From a virus, in IMG/VR virus record IMGVR_UViG_3300026521_000343, positions 5,265-69,264 of that record: 64,000 nt of DNA; one strand, 5' to 3'. This document shows positions 60,048 through 64,000 of the stretch, one piece after another. The first letter of the stretch is position 1. Every line of letters begins with the position of its first letter. The notes under the pieces are model-generated. The model worked only from the letters and a program-made list of their open reading frames with translations. It made no database searches and was not told the DNA's origin. The translations under genes were made by a program, and so were the position numbers.

Positions 60048-60324
60048 GTACTAATCCTCTTGCTAGTTTGTCTCTAAACTCAAGGATCTTATCTTCATCA
60101 AACACTATGATTTTAGCATTTTTATAAAAATAATGATAGCCTTCAGTAAGTAGTCCGCTTGACATGTAGTTGTTTATGGTTCGCTCTGACTTTCCAAGAA
60201 ACTTGGCCACCTCTTTTTTTGTTGTGAGTGGTGGGGCAAATTTTGCGATGCGGTCAGACATCTGTTGCACAGCTGATAGAAGCTCCGGGATGAGTTCTAA
60301 GTTTTCAAAGGCTTCTACATTCAT
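60028..60324 (-). CDS. Excisionase-like HTH protein
   Basis: TKKEVAKFLGKSERTINNY; overlaps the int start. Confidence 0.65.
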   Translation of the reverse strand: MNVEAFENLELIPELLSAVQQMSDRIAKFAPPLTTKKEVAKFLGKSERTINNYMSSGLLTEGYHYFYKNAKIIVFDEDKILEFRDKLARGLVHEKATL

Positions 60325-60344
60325 ATTCGCTCCTTATTGTGTTT

Positions 60345-60986
60345 TTACTTTTTGTGTTGCAGCTCCAGGCTTCTTGATGTCACATCAAGTGACTCTTCAA
60401 ATCTAGTAATGATATCTTTGCCTACTTGTGAGACTATGAGTGAGAGTTGTTGTTTCATCTTTTGCTTGAGTGTTTCGTTTTCATTGAGTGTTTTTTCATA
60501 GAGTTCTGTCAGGTGTTTATGTTTGCTTTGTTCTATGTTTATGTTTTGTGTTGTTGCAGCTATGAGTGCGTTTTGTTTGAGGATGATTTCTTGGAGTTCT
60601 TTTACTGAACTGTTTGGTATTTGTGAAGAGCTTGATTTGTTGTTTTGCATTTGATGTTTAAGTTCAAAGTATCTGTGTAGAACTTCAAAGCACTCGTTTT
60701 TGTACTCTATGAGTTTGTCTCTTACCTCTGGCTTAACACGGTTTGGATTGATGCTAAAGAGCCAGCCGTTAAGTTTGTTTAGTGGGATACAAAATACTTC
60801 TTGCATTCCACCGTTTGTTTGAACTTTTATAAGTTTTGATTGATAGCTTGGATCAGCTTTTATCTTTTTATACTGTTTTATATAATCGATACCGATAGCA
60901 TTGCATATATCTTTTACAACAACTGCTTGACTGTCTTTGATAATTTCAATATTATCGTTCTTAAAGCTCACTTGAATTAAATCCAT
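60345..60986 (-). CDS. Antirepressor (P22 Ant N-terminal domain)
   Basis: KDICNAIGID..CIPLNKLNGWLFSINPNRVKPEVRDKLIEYKNEC. Confidence 0.85.
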   Translation of the reverse strand: MDLIQVSFKNDNIEIIKDSQAVVVKDICNAIGIDYIKQYKKIKADPSYQSKLIKVQTNGGMQEVFCIPLNKLNGWLFSINPNRVKPEVRDKLIEYKNECFEVLHRYFELKHQMQNNKSSSSQIPNSSVKELQEIILKQNALIAATTQNINIEQSKHKHLTELYEKTLNENETLKQKMKQQLSLIVSQVGKDIITRFEESLDVTSRSLELQHKK

Positions 60987-60997
60987 AATCAAATCCT

Positions 60998-61082
60998 TTT
61001 TTATTGATTTTTTACAATCTATTTGGGAATTATAATTGATTTAATACTTTATGTCAAGTACTTTTTATTGATTTTTTACAAT
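60998..61082 (-). promoter_or_regulatory. Consensus promoter for the antirepressor, flanked by 21-bp direct repeats
   Basis: Minus-strand TTGACA (61052-57), 17 nt, TATAAT (61029-34); tttttattgattttttacaat at 60998-61018 and 61062-61082. Confidence 0.8.
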
Positions 61083-61142
61083 TTATGTATTTTTGTGTGT
61101 GGATTTAATCCATAAAAGGTATTGCCCTTAAGGTATATACCT

Positions 61143-61676
61143 TTAGCTAATAGCCTTTTTTATGGCGGTTTTTAAATTATCGTAATCTTGCAGCTGTTCT
61201 TTTAATCGTACATTTTCAAGATACATTTCTATGGCTTTTGCTAGTTGTTCACTAATTTTTCCAGTAGAAGCAGATTTATTTACAGTATCTGGTTTGTACC
61301 CAACAATTTCTGCCAACTCCTTATAAGTCAGTCCAAGCTCTTTACATGTAGCTTTAACTATGTTTGGCTTTTCTTCTGTAGATTCTTCAAACGATATAAC
61401 GATAGTGCCATAGCTATTGCCGTCAGCATCTTCAGCATTGAAATAGACTGGCTCTTCTGGGTAATCGCAGTTTTTATAAACCGTTATGTGAAGATCAGAA
61501 CCATTTTTATTATCAATAAAAACATTCTGCATCTCTGGTATAGATGGGAAACTTGGGTCAGGATGCTTGGAAAAAGCTTCTCGAAGTATGTGTTCAACAT
61601 CTTTTACAGAGAGATGCCCTTCATCGGGCCTTCTTACAATATATGGCACTTTACCATAAAGCTTCATCTCTTCCAT
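61143..61676 (-). CDS. Protein with C-terminal XRE-type HTH
   Basis: NIVKATCKELGLTYKELAEIVGYKPDTV. Confidence 0.7.
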   Translation of the reverse strand: MEEMKLYGKVPYIVRRPDEGHLSVKDVEHILREAFSKHPDPSFPSIPEMQNVFIDNKNGSDLHITVYKNCDYPEEPVYFNAEDADGNSYGTIVISFEESTEEKPNIVKATCKELGLTYKELAEIVGYKPDTVNKSASTGKISEQLAKAIEMYLENVRLKEQLQDYDNLKTAIKKAIS

Positions 61677-61678
61677 AT

Positions 61679-62269
61679 TTATTCCTTACTTTGATTATTG
61701 TCGTGTTGCAGTGTATGTTGCACAGAATCTTTTACATCTTTTGTAGGGTTTATGTTTTCAATACTCCACATAAAAAAGTAAGCAATTCCAATAAAAAGTA
61801 CAAAAGCAATTGATCCAACTACACTTTTGAAAACACTTACTATGAATGGTTCTTTGTATATATCTTGAATTTTTTCAACAAGTTTTTCATCGTACTCTTT
61901 GTCTAATTTTGCTTTATACTCTTCAAGCTGTTCCTGGTATTCATTCTCTAGTTGCTCAAGCTGTTCGTCTAGCTTTTGCGACATCTCTTCAACATCTTTT
62001 TCAAGACTTTCTCTTAGATCTGCCACATACTCTGTAAGTATCTCTTTGGCTTGCTGTCTGTAACCATCTAGTGAAACAGAAGTTGAGGCAGATTCATAAA
62101 AAGCTTTTAGTTGCTTTTCGTCCGGTTTTTCTCCATGTATCGCGATATGCTTTTTTATCCATTCCACTTTGTCTTTTTTGTAAAAGGCATAAGCTATAAC
62201 ACCCATCACATCAGAGTCACCATCTATGAGTAGATCATAAATATCATTGTATTCATAACTACTCGTCAT
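61679..62269 (-). CDS. Membrane-anchored coiled-coil hypothetical protein
   Basis: YNDIYDLL..GVIAYAFYKKDK N-domain, acidic coiled coil, C-terminal TM. Confidence 0.65.
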   Translation of the reverse strand: MTSSYEYNDIYDLLIDGDSDVMGVIAYAFYKKDKVEWIKKHIAIHGEKPDEKQLKAFYESASTSVSLDGYRQQAKEILTEYVADLRESLEKDVEEMSQKLDEQLEQLENEYQEQLEEYKAKLDKEYDEKLVEKIQDIYKEPFIVSVFKSVVGSIAFVLFIGIAYFFMWSIENINPTKDVKDSVQHTLQHDNNQSKE

Positions 62270-62513
62270 GGCTGTGCATCTTTGCATAGGCATTGTTTAT
62301 GTTTTTTGCTATTTGTGCATAGCTTCTTTTTTTTGCTAGTTTAACTTTAGTTTTTGCTATGACATTATTCATTTCATTTATAGAGTTTGACTTTGTTACA
62401 ACGATTTCATTCAAGGGTCTTCTTGCCCCTCCTACTATTCTATTTATTGTAGTGCCTTTTATATCAGCTGCAGAAACAACTGTGCTTTTTACTGTTGTAA
62501 ATCTATTCCTCAT
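62259..62513 (-). CDS. Small basic hypothetical protein
   Basis: AGGAG SD; TGATATAAT at 62577-62585 on the minus strand. Confidence 0.55.
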   Translation of the reverse strand: MRNRFTTVKSTVVSAADIKGTTINRIVGGARRPLNEIVVTKSNSINEMNNVIAKTKVKLAKKRSYAQIAKNINNAYAKMHSHDE

Positions 62514-62658
62514 TATTGTCTCCTGCGATCTATACGAATTTTATATTGTTATATATTTTTTTATTCAGATAACATTATTATATCAAAATAACAATACAAA
62601 AGTCATATCATGTATATGGAGTATTGCATCTTCTGTTATTTTCTAAATATATTATTTA

Positions 62659-63705
62659 TCATTCTACTATTCCTCTTTTTCGAGCACCATCTTTTCTCCA
62701 TTTTTCACGAAGTTTTTCTGCTTCTATTGGATCATTTCTCTTTTTTGCATAGCGTTCTCTTTCACGTGCTTTTATTCTCTCGTGAGCTTCAGGATTATTT
62801 TTAATATACTCTTTTCTTTGTTGTGATCTGGCTCTATCTTGTGCTCTTATCTTTTCAAGATTTTTTTGTCTGTACTCTCTTTGTTTACGACGTTTTTCTT
62901 CAAGCCATTCAGGAGTTCTTACTTCATCTCTATATTTTTTATTTGTAGCTGCTATTTTTTCTTTGTTTTCTGATTTCCATTTTTTAGCATTCTTTTTTCT
63001 TCTCTCTTGGTATGCAGGATCGTTTTTCATTTTTAAGTGATATAGCCGTGCTTTTTCTCTTGCTCTTTCTTTTTTTTCATCGTCAGTTAAAAATACTTTT
63101 TTAGGCTTGCTTGCATTATCAGCTCTCTTTTTTGCAAGTATCTTTTCTCTATTTGCTGCGTAGTATTTTTGTCTATTCTCTTTTTTCTGTTCTTCAGTTA
63201 AAACTGGTGCTTTCTCTTTTTTAGCTCTAGCTAGTTTGGCATCTTCTAATATCTTCTCTCTATTTTTTGCATAATATTTTTTTGAATTTTCTCTAGCTAT
63301 AGCCTTTTTTTCTTCAGGAGTTTGGACGACTCTATCAATCTTCTTAGGTTTTGTTTTGTAATAGTAAGCTTTAGACCTAGCATTTCGTTTAGCTTTCTTC
63401 TCTTCCTCTGTTTGAACCACTCTTTTTTTCTTTATTGGTGCAGGAGCTTTTATGGTTTTAACTTTTTTTGAAATGTCAGCTTTTTTCTTAACTCTTTTAT
63501 TTGTTTGAACTTCAATCGCTTTTTTTGCTGTATCAGAGAGAATAGGGGCTTTTTGTTTTTTGGCAGCAGATAGTTCAGAGATATTTACATGTTGCTTATT
63601 TTTTTCTCTTGTAATGTCTTCACCAAATACATCTTTTTTAGGACTTGGTTTTATTCCAAGTTCTTTACACTTATTTTTATATGATTCATAGGCTTTATCA
63701 AACAT
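62659..63705 (-). CDS. Highly basic K/R/E helical-repeat protein
   Basis: Repeats such as TEEEKKAKR..KAYY and YYAKNREKIL. Confidence 0.7.
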   Translation of the reverse strand: MFDKAYESYKNKCKELGIKPSPKKDVFGEDITREKNKQHVNISELSAAKKQKAPILSDTAKKAIEVQTNKRVKKKADISKKVKTIKAPAPIKKKRVVQTEEEKKAKRNARSKAYYYKTKPKKIDRVVQTPEEKKAIARENSKKYYAKNREKILEDAKLARAKKEKAPVLTEEQKKENRQKYYAANREKILAKKRADNASKPKKVFLTDDEKKERAREKARLYHLKMKNDPAYQERRKKNAKKWKSENKEKIAATNKKYRDEVRTPEWLEEKRRKQREYRQKNLEKIRAQDRARSQQRKEYIKNNPEAHERIKARERERYAKKRNDPIEAEKLREKWRKDGARKRGIVE

Positions 63706-63789
63706 GTTTACTATCCTTTAGTGCTCAATTTCAAGATTTCTATATTCATTAGATGGTGCTTTTCTGAGCATTACTAATATATTTTTGAA

Positions 63790-64000
63790 CTAATTTTCAC
63801 TCTCCACTTTTTCTACAATTTGCTTTGCAGCCTCATTAATAATATATAAAGTACGAATAAGTTTCTCGCTTGTTTTTTCCAGTTCATATTCCCAGCTATC
63901 TGCAAAGTTTAATGTTTTACAATTTTCTAAAAAAGTATATGCACCGTTTGCATCTTCAATTAGATCAGCTTCTTTAAGGACATCTGTTATATTATTTAAA
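63790..64000 (-). CDS. Hypothetical protein (partial, start outside the window)
   Basis: Open frame ..LNNITDVLKEADLIEDA..KVESEN* to the stop at 63790. Confidence 0.5.
   Translation of the reverse strand, partial: LNNITDVLKEADLIEDANGAYTFLENCKTLNFADSWEYELEKTSEKLIRTLYIINEAAKQIVEKVESEN

Larger units (their letters stand above)
57836..64000. mobile_element. Phage A, right part (lysis, attP, integrase, xis, antirepressor, left-arm genes)
   Basis: Endolysin-holin-att-int-xis-ant order would continue phage A after the holin repeat. Confidence 0.8.

Overview
AT-rich, entirely phage-derived window. The SSB sequence, TGnTATAAT promoters and AAGG ribosome-binding sites suggest a Campylobacterota host (inference). 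It holds two different tailed phages, one nested in the other. Phage A (1-24096 plus 57836-64000) is temperate and HK97-like. It carries cI/cro/cII, a replication module, HNH-TerS-TerL, portal, protease, capsid, tail, tailspike, a GH108 endolysin, an apparently intact attP, integrase, excisionase and antirepressor. Phage B (24097-57560, 33,464 bp between repeat starts) has no recognisable integrase or CI repressor. It carries SSB/ERF/NinB/NinG, a split DnaB-like helicase, dUTPase, ThyX, a PBSX-type terminase, an oppositely oriented portal/neck block, its own capsid and tail, and an M15-like endolysin. B is bounded by a 275-bp exact direct repeat inside a duplicated holin gene, so it is either a real cointegrate or an assembly join. 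The two phages have unrelated heads but share a homologous tail-tip module. Other notable signals: three hairpin-loop/RBS pairing RNA elements in B (one a kissing-loop switch ahead of the replication genes); a promoter-hairpin-9-aa-peptide unit convergent with a HIRAN + DUF4760-like moron in A; a palindrome shared by both early control regions; an in-frame stop in B's ssb; and -1 frameshift sites in both tail chaperone genes. All family assignments come from motif recognition by eye; no searches were run.
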